Source: Candidatus Curtissbacteria bacterium RIFCSPLOWO2_02_FULL_40_11 (lineage in GTDB: Bacteria > Patescibacteriota > Microgenomatia > Curtissbacterales > GWA2-41-24). From it: a stretch of 43,030 nt of DNA. Positions 1-7,741 of the stretch are shown here, in pieces. The DNA lies in assembly GCA_001776505.1 (NCBI GenBank), contig MFBV01000001.1, positions 862 to 43,891 on the forward strand, read 5' to 3'. Each line of letters starts with the position of its first letter. Position 1 is the stretch's first letter. The notes below the pieces were generated by a model. The model saw only the letters and a list, made by a program, of their open reading frames with translations. It was not told where the DNA came from and did not search any database. The translations under genes and the position numbers were made by a program.

Positions 1-1
1 T

Positions 2-301
2 TCTATTGGCTTCGAAAAATGCCTCTTCGGCTTTGATACCAAAAATTGGCAGGCTGAATCCAAGAAACAATTGGTTCTGCCTATTACCCAAAGACGCTCA
101 CGAGATTTACGTCGCATCTTTTTCGCCAGCGCAACCCCTATCAAACTCGATGATCAAGGCCGGTTTGTTATTCCTAGCGATCTACTTGAGTACGCAAAAA
201 TTAAGAGGCCAATAATCATCGGCGCTGGAGATCATTTTGAGATTTGGGAGAGAAGAACTTGGCAAGAAGAACGCTTAAGACTTGATAAGGAGATTAGATG
301 A
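2..301 (+). CDS. mraZ: Transcriptional regulator MraZ, 5'-truncated by the window edge
   Basis: Frame is open from nt 2. Translation ...GFEKCLFGFDTKNWQ...KLDDQGRFVIPSDLLEY shows the MraZ/SpoVT-AbrB DxxGR repeat. Stop TGA overlaps the rsmH ATG (ATGA at 298-301). Canonical first gene of dcw clusters. Confidence 0.85.
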   Translation, partial: SIGFEKCLFGFDTKNWQAESKKQLVLPITQRRSRDLRRIFFASATPIKLDDQGRFVIPSDLLEYAKIKRPIIIGAGDHFEIWERRTWQEERLRLDKEIR

Positions 302-1161
302 GGTATTTTCACGAAAGCGTTTTAACCAAAGAAGCAATTGATTTTCTAAGAGTAAAACGAGGAGATCTGTACATAGATGCCACTTTAGGGGCGGCAGGGC
401 ACACGAGGGAAATATTAAAAAAAGGTGGGAAAGTACTGGCAATAGACAGAGACCCAGAGTCAACTAAGTTTGTAGAAACCTTAAAGCTAAAAAATTTGAA
501 AGTAGTAAACAATAACTTTTCGCACATTTACAAGATAGCTATTGAGTTTGGAATCACAAAAGTTTCAGGTATTCTGTTTGATCTGGGAGTGTCCAGCCAT
601 CAAATAAAAGACGCCAAAAGGGGTTTTAGCTTCAGGAAAAACGGACCTTTAGATATGCGCATGGAGCCAAATTTAGCTGTGACTGCTGCGGATATCGTCA
701 ATAATTTTGAAAAAAGGAGATTATATGAAATTTTTCAAAACTTTGCTGACGAAAGGCTTAGTCGGCCAATTGCTGATGCTATTTTCAGCACCCGTCAAAT
801 AAAAAGAATTAGCTCAACAGGTGAGCTTGCCCAAATAATTCGGGAGGTGTATGCGCGACATAAATTAAAAACAAAAACAGATCCGGCGACAAAGGTGTTC
901 CAGGCACTAAGGATTATTGTTAATAGCGAATTATTAAATTTAGAAGAAGGGCTACTGCAGACTGAAAAACTATTGATACAAGAAGGCCGGTTGGTGGTAA
1001 TAAGCTTTCATTCTCTTGAAGATGCCATAGTCAAACGATTCTTCAAAGGTTCTAAAGAATTGAAAGTTTTAACAAAATCACCAATCGGCCCAACCAGAGA
1101 GGAAATTGAAAGAAATCCAAGATCAAGAAGCGCCAAACTTAGAGCCGCAGAAAAAATATGA
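298..1161 (+). CDS. rsmH: 16S rRNA (cytosine1402-N4)-methyltransferase RsmH/MraW
   Basis: 287 aa. DATLGAAGHT SAM-binding motif, FDLGVSSHQ, ISFHSLED and C-terminal NPRSRSAKLR are typical RsmH blocks. Position after mraZ. Confidence 0.95.
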   Translation: MRYFHESVLTKEAIDFLRVKRGDLYIDATLGAAGHTREILKKGGKVLAIDRDPESTKFVETLKLKNLKVVNNNFSHIYKIAIEFGITKVSGILFDLGVSSHQIKDAKRGFSFRKNGPLDMRMEPNLAVTAADIVNNFEKRRLYEIFQNFADERLSRPIADAIFSTRQIKRISSTGELAQIIREVYARHKLKTKTDPATKVFQALRIIVNSELLNLEEGLLQTEKLLIQEGRLVVISFHSLEDAIVKRFFKGSKELKVLTKSPIGPTREEIERNPRSRSAKLRAAEKI

Positions 1162-1215
1162 AGCAAAAATTCTAAGCACGAGATCCAAAAATCCTAAAGA
1201 AACACAAATAAAAGA

Positions 1216-1533
1216 ATGTCAAAACTGACTGATTTTAAAAACAAAACAAATAAGACTGACAACTTTAACCTTATAGGTAAAGTCAGGGTAAAATTTTTAG
1301 TGGTACTTGCGTTTATTGTAGTAGCCTCATTTTTCGGTCAACTGGTTTTAGCTAGCAATCTAGCAGTCGGTGGGCAAGAACTATTTCGAATAGACGAGCA
1401 AATTAAAGAGATTGAGGCTGAAAATATGACTTTGAGAATAGAAATTGCTAAAGAATCCGCACTTTCAAACTTAGCAATTGACGCCCGAGAATTAGGCTTT
1501 GATAAGCCCTCAGAAGTGATTAGTCCCAATTAG
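1216..1533 (+). CDS. ftsL: FtsL-like cell division protein (single TM plus coiled coil)
   Basis: 105 aa with one hydrophobic span (FLVVLAFIVVASFFGQLVLA) followed by a heptad-like segment (IDEQIKEIEAENMTLRIEIAKE). Sits in the rsmH-ftsI slot. Confidence 0.6.
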   Translation: MSKLTDFKNKTNKTDNFNLIGKVRVKFLVVLAFIVVASFFGQLVLASNLAVGGQELFRIDEQIKEIEAENMTLRIEIAKESALSNLAIDARELGFDKPSEVISPN

Positions 1534-1591
1534 GCATTTTTTAACCTTGGCTATCTTTGTTAAACTATAATTTCAAAGAAATTACATCAGG

Positions 1592-1623
1592 GAGCGAAGT
1601 CGAGTCTAACTCGACGAAGCGAG
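1592..1623 (+). repeat. GA-rich hairpin element, copy 1 (GAGCGAAG-TCGAG-TCTAA-CTCGA-CGAAGCGAG)
   Basis: 5-bp stem TCGAG/CTCGA flanked by mirror GAGCGAAG...GAAGCGAG arms. Second copy on the minus strand at 32620-32651 has a compensatory T:A to C:G change. Abuts the ftsI extended -10. Confidence 0.6.
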
Positions 1624-1625
1624 GC

Positions 1626-1634
1626 TGATATAAT
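1626..1634 (+). promoter_or_regulatory. Extended -10 promoter element (TGaTATAAT) for ftsI
   Basis: TG at 1626-1627 and TATAAT at 1629-1634, only 7 nt before ATG 1642. No SD in between, suggesting a leaderless or near-leaderless transcript. Confidence 0.5.
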
Positions 1635-1641
1635 TGCCTCA

Positions 1642-3387
1642 ATGGATAGAATTAAAATCATCCAGGTTATATTTTTCATAGCCGCCGCTATAATTGTCAT
1701 AAGACTGTTCTACTGGCAGTTTATTGCAGAGATTAATCCGAATACAATACTTGGGCTGCAAGACATCAAAATTCCTGCACCTCGGGGTGAAATCTATGCA
1801 AGCGACGGGTTTCCTCTAGTTGCTAATCAGGAAGCGTTTTTGCTTTATGCAAGGCTCACCGAGTTGGATAGAAATCCTCAGGAAATTGCGAAACTATTAG
1901 CACCTCATCTTATTTCTGAAAAATACTCAACACCTGGTGCCCAGTTGGAGGAAGAGCTAACAAATAAAAAAGAAAAAGAAGAAGGAGAAGAAGAAAAGAG
2001 ACTATCGGAGCAACTATCAAATGACAAGCTAATTTGGGTCCAACTTGCCAGAAAAGTCCCTCTAGAAACAAAACAAAAAATCGAAGCTCTCAAAATAAAG
2101 GGTATAGATTTTGAAAACGATAACAAAAGATACTATCCGGAAGCTTCGATGGCGGCTCAACTCCTCGGGTTCGTTGCTTCTGACAAATTCGGTGATGATA
2201 TCGGTTATTTTGGCCTTGAAGGTTATTACGATTCTCAACTTAAAGGCAAAGCAGGGCGTCTGGATCAACTTCAGGATCCATTCGGTTTTCCAATTCTAGT
2301 AGGAGATTTTAAACCTATAGATTCAAGAAAAGGAAATTCTCTTTATCTAACTATAGACAGATCCATTCAATACATAGTTGAAAAAAATTTGAAAGAAGCC
2401 ATAGAAAGATACGGTGCAAAGGCAGGATCCGTAATAATTTCTCAACCCAAAACAGGCAAAATCATAGCGATGGCAACCTACCCCACCTATAATCCTGCCC
2501 TGTTTACCGAATTTGAAGAAAGCGCTTATAAGAATCAAGCTGTTGCCGATACATATGAGCCTGGAAGCACATTCAAATTAGTCACTATGTCTGCAGCTCT
2601 CGATTCCGGTGTTGTTAAACCGGATACCAAATGTACGGTTTGTACAGGCCCACGAGCAATAACGGGCCATGTCATTTCAACATGGAACAATAAGTATTTT
2701 CCAGATTCCACTATGACCGAAGTTATTGAGCATTCGGACAATATCGGTATGACTTTTGTTGCCGACGAACTGGGTAAAGATAGACTTTATGATTACATAG
2801 ACAAATTTGGTTTTGGTAAGCGAACAGAAATTGATTTGCAAGAAGAATCAAAAGGGGATGTTCGCGACAAAGACGAATGGCGACCTATTGATATCGCAAC
2901 AGCCTCTTTTGGTCAAGGTTTAGCAGTTACGCCTATTCAAATGGTTCAAGCAGTCCAAGTTATAGCCAATGGCGGTAAATTAATTCCTCCAAAAGTGGTG
3001 GGAAAAATTGTAGAAAATGGAAAGGAAAAAATAGTTAAAAGCGAAAGAGAAAATCAAGTAATCTCAGCTAAAACTGCGGCTCTAATTACCGAAATGATGG
3101 TGAGTGCGGTGGTAAATGGAGAAGCTAAAGCTTTTGCTCCCAAAGGTTATAGAATTGCCGGTAAAACCGGTACCGCTCAAATTCCTGTAGCTGGTAATTA
3201 CGATCCGGAAAAGACAATCGCTAGCTTTATTGGCTTTGCGCCAGCCGACGATCCAAAATTTGTGATGTTAGTCAAATTTACCGAACCAAGCTCGTCGCAG
3301 TTTGGCTCCGAAACCGCCGCCCCGACTTTTTTTAGAATCGCAACAGAAATATTAAGATACATGGGCATTAGCCCCAGTGAAAAATAA
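1642..3387 (+). CDS. ftsI: Class B penicillin-binding protein / peptidoglycan D,D-transpeptidase FtsI
   Basis: 581 aa with an N-terminal TM. Transpeptidase motifs STFK (YEPGSTFKL), SDN (HSDNIG) and KTGT (AGKTGTAQ). dcw position. Confidence 0.9.
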   Translation: MDRIKIIQVIFFIAAAIIVIRLFYWQFIAEINPNTILGLQDIKIPAPRGEIYASDGFPLVANQEAFLLYARLTELDRNPQEIAKLLAPHLISEKYSTPGAQLEEELTNKKEKEEGEEEKRLSEQLSNDKLIWVQLARKVPLETKQKIEALKIKGIDFENDNKRYYPEASMAAQLLGFVASDKFGDDIGYFGLEGYYDSQLKGKAGRLDQLQDPFGFPILVGDFKPIDSRKGNSLYLTIDRSIQYIVEKNLKEAIERYGAKAGSVIISQPKTGKIIAMATYPTYNPALFTEFEESAYKNQAVADTYEPGSTFKLVTMSAALDSGVVKPDTKCTVCTGPRAITGHVISTWNNKYFPDSTMTEVIEHSDNIGMTFVADELGKDRLYDYIDKFGFGKRTEIDLQEESKGDVRDKDEWRPIDIATASFGQGLAVTPIQMVQAVQVIANGGKLIPPKVVGKIVENGKEKIVKSERENQVISAKTAALITEMMVSAVVNGEAKAFAPKGYRIAGKTGTAQIPVAGNYDPEKTIASFIGFAPADDPKFVMLVKFTEPSSSQFGSETAAPTFFRIATEILRYMGISPSEK

Positions 3388-3569
3388 TTGATTTTTGCTT
3401 AAATTTTCCTCTTTTAAAAAATCAACAATCGATTTTCCAACGTTTGTTAAAAGTTGAGGGCCAAGATGGAGAGTCTTGATTTTTTCAAGTAGATAATTAT
3501 TTTCGTCTGTTTCAATTACTGCAGTCACACCCAACTTTTTCCTTTTGGTTCAACATCTTATTTTTTTTC

Positions 3570-3836
3570 TTAACCATAGCTGTTCAGAATTTTTAAAATT
3601 TTGACCTTATATTCGCCTCCTGGGGCTTCGACCTTAGTTTTTTCACCAATTGACTTGCCTAAAATAGCTTTGCCTAAAGCTGAGTAAGCAGAGATTTTAT
3701 TATGGTAAATATCTGAATCTTTATCCGAAACTATTGTGAAAGTGTGGTTTTTACCAGAGGAATCTTTGTAGGTAAAGGGTATACCGATTTTAATTGTAGA
3801 ATTACTATTATTTTTTGTTTGAACCTTTTGGTCCAC
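3570..3836 (-). CDS. GreA/GreB C-terminal (FKBP-like) domain-only protein
   Basis: 88 aa. ISAYSALGKAILGKSIGEKTKVEAPGGEYKVKILKI matches the GreA C-terminal domain signature. There is no N-terminal coiled-coil finger. Confidence 0.7.
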   Translation of the reverse strand: MDQKVQTKNNSNSTIKIGIPFTYKDSSGKNHTFTIVSDKDSDIYHNKISAYSALGKAILGKSIGEKTKVEAPGGEYKVKILKILNSYG

Positions 3837-3887
3837 TGTGCAATCTTAATACAATAAAAGAATTAATTTGTCAAGTATTAGATAACA

Positions 3888-3907
3888 AATATTTGATATC
3901 AAATATT
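3888..3907. promoter_or_regulatory. Perfect 20-bp palindrome AATATTTGAT|ATCAAATATT, candidate operator
   Basis: Verified base by base. Lies in the 124-nt divergent region between the GreA-CTD gene and the XRE regulator gene. TATAAT at 3944-3949 precedes ATG 3961. Confidence 0.6.
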
Positions 3908-3960
3908 ATATATACAATATTTTAAATATCTTAACAAAAGGGGTATAATTACTGTTTACG

Positions 3961-4761
3961 ATGAACATTACACTTGGCGGTCTAATCAAAACTTACAGGA
4001 TAAATAAACGCTTGAGCCAATTTGATGTAGCTTTGGCAATCGGTTGGAAAGACACCTCAAGGCTTTCAAAAATCGAGCAGGGGAGGGTTAAGCCTACCAG
4101 GCCGGTTGTGGAAAAAATTATGGCTGCTTTAAACCTTTCATCTGAAGAACGCGGCGAATTTTTATTGACCGGCGGCTATTTACCCAGTGACGAAGAAATC
4201 ACAAAGGTGATTAAAATTGTAAAAGAAAAAATTAATAGTTGGCCATATCCGGCATATTTAATTGATTTTACCTGGAGACTTCTAACTTGCAATGATGCAA
4301 CCGCAAAAACATTCTATGTTAGTCCCGAAATGCAAAAAAATCTTATAAAAATAAAACCAAACCTCTTAGAATTTGCGTTTTTACCTAAAGAAATATTACC
4401 TGTTGAGATTTCAAAGGGTGAGGATGAAAAACATTGTAAACCTTTCCCTGTAGCCCAAATAGCTCAGTTTAAAATAGAGCAAATTATGCGAACAAATGAA
4501 AAATGGTATCGCGATTTAATAAAAAAGATGATGGAGTACAATCAATTCAGAAAGCTATGGACAGATATCACACCAGATTTATACCATAAGAAGCTTTTGG
4601 ATTATGAGTATAAAATTGTAAAAGGGAATTGGGATGGCAAAAAAACTATATTACGTTTCCATCTATTAACTTCAAGAGTAATTAGTGACATCCGGTTCCA
4701 AATCGTTCTATATTTTCCAGCAGAAAAAAATACCCAAACGTTTTTTAAGAAGAACACCTAA
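3961..4761 (+). CDS. XRE-family HTH regulator with MmyB-like C-terminal ligand-binding domain
   Basis: N-terminus LIKTYRINKRLSQFDVALAIGW..SRLSKIEQG is a Cro/C1-type HTH. The C-terminal half (PAYLIDFTWRLLTCNDA...LRFHLLTS...QIVLYFPAEKNT) resembles the MmyB-like PAS-type domain. Confidence 0.75.
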   Translation: MNITLGGLIKTYRINKRLSQFDVALAIGWKDTSRLSKIEQGRVKPTRPVVEKIMAALNLSSEERGEFLLTGGYLPSDEEITKVIKIVKEKINSWPYPAYLIDFTWRLLTCNDATAKTFYVSPEMQKNLIKIKPNLLEFAFLPKEILPVEISKGEDEKHCKPFPVAQIAQFKIEQIMRTNEKWYRDLIKKMMEYNQFRKLWTDITPDLYHKKLLDYEYKIVKGNWDGKKTILRFHLLTSRVISDIRFQIVLYFPAEKNTQTFFKKNT

Positions 4762-5171
4762 TCTTTCCCAAGTACTTCGGCTGCTGCTTTTGCACATTCG
4801 ACATCCTGATTGACGTCGGCTGAACCACCTACGCCTACAGCACCAATTACTTTCCCGCCTTTTTTAATAGGTAGACCGCCAGCAATAACCATTAATTCAC
4901 CGCCAAAAGCACTGGTAGTCCCAAAATAAGGTTTACCCTCAACGGCATAGCCAGCAATATCAGCCGTAGGCAAACCAAGGTTAGCTGATGTAAAAGCTTT
5001 AGCATATGAGTATTTTGGGCTTATATTCAGCGCCCCATCCATTTTATTTGCTGCAATTAAAGTGCCATGGTCATCCACAACTGTTACCGTAACAGTTATT
5101 CCTAGATCTTGAGCTTTAGTTACAGCCTTTTCGATTGCCTTTTGAGCAGATTCTAGCGATATCATCTTCAC
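4758..5171 (-). CDS. GlcG/HbpS-like (DUF336) haem-degrading/binding family protein
   Basis: 137 aa. VTVVDDHGTLIA...AKAFTSA...GGLPI..GGKVIGAVGVGGS is the DUF336 pattern. Convergent 4-nt overlap with the XRE gene. Confidence 0.85.
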   Translation of the reverse strand: MKMISLESAQKAIEKAVTKAQDLGITVTVTVVDDHGTLIAANKMDGALNISPKYSYAKAFTSANLGLPTADIAGYAVEGKPYFGTTSAFGGELMVIAGGLPIKKGGKVIGAVGVGGSADVNQDVECAKAAAEVLGKD

Positions 5172-5221
5172 CTCCTTATCTTTATATGAACTATGTTAGC
5201 AGATAATTTGGGTGAGGTCGA

Positions 5222-6331
5222 TTACCTTTCTTGTTGAAGAACATTAAAATCTTCGCCAGGTTTCACAGTTCTACATCTACCGTCGGACCATCTCAATGCC
5301 TCTAGTAAATCAGCGTTGGGATACTTTCTTAATATAAAAGTTCTGTAACCAAATTCTCCACCACCCCAAGCGCCATTAAATAATAATGCTTGCGAATTAA
5401 CCGGATCTTTTCTGGCAAAATCCTGAATAATAATAATTCCAGTGGACTTAATTGCTTTATATGCTTCAGTAATTATTGTTTCCCTTTCAGTAGGAGTTCT
5501 CTGATATAACACAGTGCTTAATATTACTGCATCAAATTCGTTCTTTGGTATCATATGAGGAGCTTGCTGAGATAGTAAATCTGCTTGTAGAAAAGCAGTA
5601 TTTCGAGACCCTTTAAATCTGGACGCTAATTCATTATCCCCCTTGAGTTCTCTGAGTTCTTTGGGATAGTGGGAGCAAGCAATACTCCACATTTTCACAT
5701 CTGGATCTTCTGGGTTATATTTATCGATTGCTAGCCCTACTTGGATATTCAATGGTTTTCTGTTCTCTGATAGTACTAATTGATCAGGAGTTTCATCAGT
5801 AATTGCTTCAAAAGGAACATTCAGCTCAATGCCAGGGAGGCCTACATTTGCTCCGCAACCAAAATCAGCCACGTTTACCGGATCCCCGTTCCAGTATGAG
5901 GAAATTATTGCCTTAGGGCCTGCATATCTTTGGTACACAGTTGTGATAGTATCTTTAATTAATAGCAATTCTTCTAAAAGTTTCCTATTATCAGGTGCCA
6001 TTAATTCGACCAATAGTGGTCGCCATTGCTCAGAAGTTTCGAAATCTAAGTAACTTCTATCACTTTTTAAATTTAATTGAATATGTTGAATAGATCTAAA
6101 GGTAAGGTTAACAGCATGAGCAGGAGTTAAGGAAGATCTTTCTTGATAGATTCGTGCGAAAAAATCGCCAATTTCTTCATCTGTGTCAATCAATGATACT
6201 AAACACTCATAACAAGAACCAATGCATGGGTCGTTCCCAGGGGGTGTTTTTGCTTGAATCCGCATTAATTCAACTACATCGCCAAAGCTACGTGTAGACT
6301 CAGGAGAGCCTATCGCAAGAGGACGTTCCAC
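5222..6331 (-). CDS. Hypothetical protein with class-I SAM-methyltransferase-like fold (possibly DUF2332-like)
   Basis: 369 aa, GTG start with GGAG 6 nt upstream. VADFGCGANVGL resembles SAM motif I, and DAVILSTVLYQ / GIIIIQDF resemble later MTase strands. GC-richer than flanks by eye. Confidence 0.5.
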   Translation of the reverse strand: MERPLAIGSPESTRSFGDVVELMRIQAKTPPGNDPCIGSCYECLVSLIDTDEEIGDFFARIYQERSSLTPAHAVNLTFRSIQHIQLNLKSDRSYLDFETSEQWRPLLVELMAPDNRKLLEELLLIKDTITTVYQRYAGPKAIISSYWNGDPVNVADFGCGANVGLPGIELNVPFEAITDETPDQLVLSENRKPLNIQVGLAIDKYNPEDPDVKMWSIACSHYPKELRELKGDNELASRFKGSRNTAFLQADLLSQQAPHMIPKNEFDAVILSTVLYQRTPTERETIITEAYKAIKSTGIIIIQDFARKDPVNSQALLFNGAWGGGEFGYRTFILRKYPNADLLEALRWSDGRCRTVKPGEDFNVLQQER

Positions 6332-6371
6332 TTTTTGCTCCTATAAGTTAATTTTACTAGAATTTTGTAGC

Positions 6372-6632
6372 TTATGTCCAAATTTGATGATTTACTATTG
6401 CATTGCCAACTGTGAATCCTAATGTTCCAGCAGTAACTATCCCCTTTTCCCATTTACTGTTTACACTGCCATCCATAGTGCGGGAAAGTACGTAAACAAT
6501 AAACAAGTTTATGGCTCCGGAAATCGCTGAAATTGCCACTTTAGATTCAGGATTTAAATCAGTGAGCATTTGTGTTTCGTTGACAGGTAATTCAGCAGCG
6601 ATACTTAACAGTCTTTCGGTAAGCATTTTCAC
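6372..6632 (-). CDS. Small hydrophobic protein (84-86 aa), unknown function
   Basis: The ORF begins at GTG 6632. The in-frame ATG at 6626 lies 9 nt downstream of a minus-strand TATAAT. Polar N-terminal 30 aa, then two hydrophobic/Gly-rich segments (VAISAISGAINLFIVYVL; GIVTAGTLGFTVGNAIV). Likely co-transcribed with the 369-aa gene. Confidence 0.5.
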   Translation of the reverse strand: MKMLTERLLSIAAELPVNETQMLTDLNPESKVAISAISGAINLFIVYVLSRTMDGSVNSKWEKGIVTAGTLGFTVGNAIVNHQIWT

Positions 6633-6635
6633 GAA

Positions 6636-6663
6636 ATTATACCATTTATTGTCGTTTTGTCAA
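6636..6663 (-). promoter_or_regulatory. Minus-strand promoter TTGACA-16-TATAAT for the 86-aa/369-aa operon
   Basis: Reverse complement of 6658-6663 is TTGACA and of 6636-6641 is TATAAT. The -35 overlaps the -35 of the divergent plus-strand promoter. Confidence 0.45.
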
Positions 6664-6685
6664 ACTCATAGTAATTTGTTATAAT
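6657..6685 (+). promoter_or_regulatory. Promoter TTGTCA-17-TATAAT for the 334-aa gene
   Basis: TTGTCA at 6657-6662, TATAAT at 6680-6685, ATG at 6694 (8-nt gap, no SD). Confidence 0.5.
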
Positions 6686-6693
6686 ACGAAACA

Positions 6694-7698
6694 ATGGAAA
6701 TTGAGGTTCCGAAATTTAGGCGAGTACCCAGGGAAATAGGATCCGAAACATCTAATGTTGATATAATCGAGCGAAATAGAAATGACGGTCTACTTCTCCT
6801 TGATATAAAAATTGACCATGAGACGACTATAGTACCGGTCTTCGACTTACGAGAAGATTCTCACAAGCGTGAAATAGCGAAAGTTTTAATATCAGGAGAT
6901 CCTGTAGCGGCATTTGGAGTAGGAAATTACGGTATTGCTATTGGCATTGATCATCCAAAAAGAGGCAGATTCCCTAATTCGTGGGAACATTACTGGAAAT
7001 TTAAGCCTGACAGGCCAAGAGATGCGAAAATCCCAATTTTAATGCCCCCGAAATATTGGAGTGAAATAATAGATTTCAGAAAAATACACTCAGGGTTTAA
7101 ACCTTTGTTTAATAGAGGACAATTGGAGAGGGCTTACAGGGAAGCAGTAATATTTCATATAGTGGCACCTTCTTATAATTATGCTCCGCACATCAATCAT
7201 CCTGCGCTTGTGACTGCTGAAGACGGAAAAAACTCGGTCAGTGCTTTCTGGTGGGACGACCCTGATTTAGAAGAGATAGCGGATATTGCCATGAGACTTG
7301 ACCCTAATGTATTAATTGGGATTTCTTCTTTTAATGATCGCGGAGAAAATCCAGCATTTAATTACGATGAAGTAAAGGATTACATTATGCGAAAGAAAAA
7401 AGTACCGTTCAAATATATTATTAGAGATTCTATAGGTGAAAAAGTAGGAGTGAAGAGCTCTCATCCTCAGTTTAAAGTTCCAGAAAATGATGAAAAGCCG
7501 GTTTGGCAAGTAGTAAGGAGAGGGGCAAGAAGTGTTAAAAGATTTCTTCAAGCCACAAGATTACCGTTTGAAGCAGAAGGTAAGGATTCAGCACTGTTTG
7601 CGCCTAGGGCCCATTCAGAAGATGTTGATTTGGATAATTTAATCGATACTGTACATGAATTAATTTTAAGGGACTACTCCTTGAGAAAAGCCAGCTAA
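6694..7698 (+). CDS. Hypothetical protein, weak YrdC/Sua5-like resemblance
   Basis: 334 aa, no TM. ISGDPVAAFGVGNYGIAIG, KFKPDRPRDAKIPILMP and GISSFNDRGENP loosely parallel YrdC-fold blocks (vYGL, KxRP..kPl, tSAN.SG.p). This is a by-eye inference only. Confidence 0.3.
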   Translation: MEIEVPKFRRVPREIGSETSNVDIIERNRNDGLLLLDIKIDHETTIVPVFDLREDSHKREIAKVLISGDPVAAFGVGNYGIAIGIDHPKRGRFPNSWEHYWKFKPDRPRDAKIPILMPPKYWSEIIDFRKIHSGFKPLFNRGQLERAYREAVIFHIVAPSYNYAPHINHPALVTAEDGKNSVSAFWWDDPDLEEIADIAMRLDPNVLIGISSFNDRGENPAFNYDEVKDYIMRKKKVPFKYIIRDSIGEKVGVKSSHPQFKVPENDEKPVWQVVRRGARSVKRFLQATRLPFEAEGKDSALFAPRAHSEDVDLDNLIDTVHELILRDYSLRKAS

Positions 7699-7741
7699 TA
7701 AATTCTTGGCGCATAGTTTATTATCAGTTTATACTGGATGT

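Noticed and set aside
6-215. 69-aa ORF at the window start
   Set aside because: It overlaps the mraZ reading frame, which has clear family motifs, in a different frame.
3352-3534. 60-aa minus-strand ORF downstream of the GreA-CTD gene
   Set aside because: It has a TTG start, overlaps the ftsI 3' end by 36 nt, contains an AT-rich 9-bp inverted repeat (3388-3396 with 3417-3425) that looks like a bidirectional terminator, and has no recognisable motif. It could be a gene remnant, but I cannot support a CDS call.
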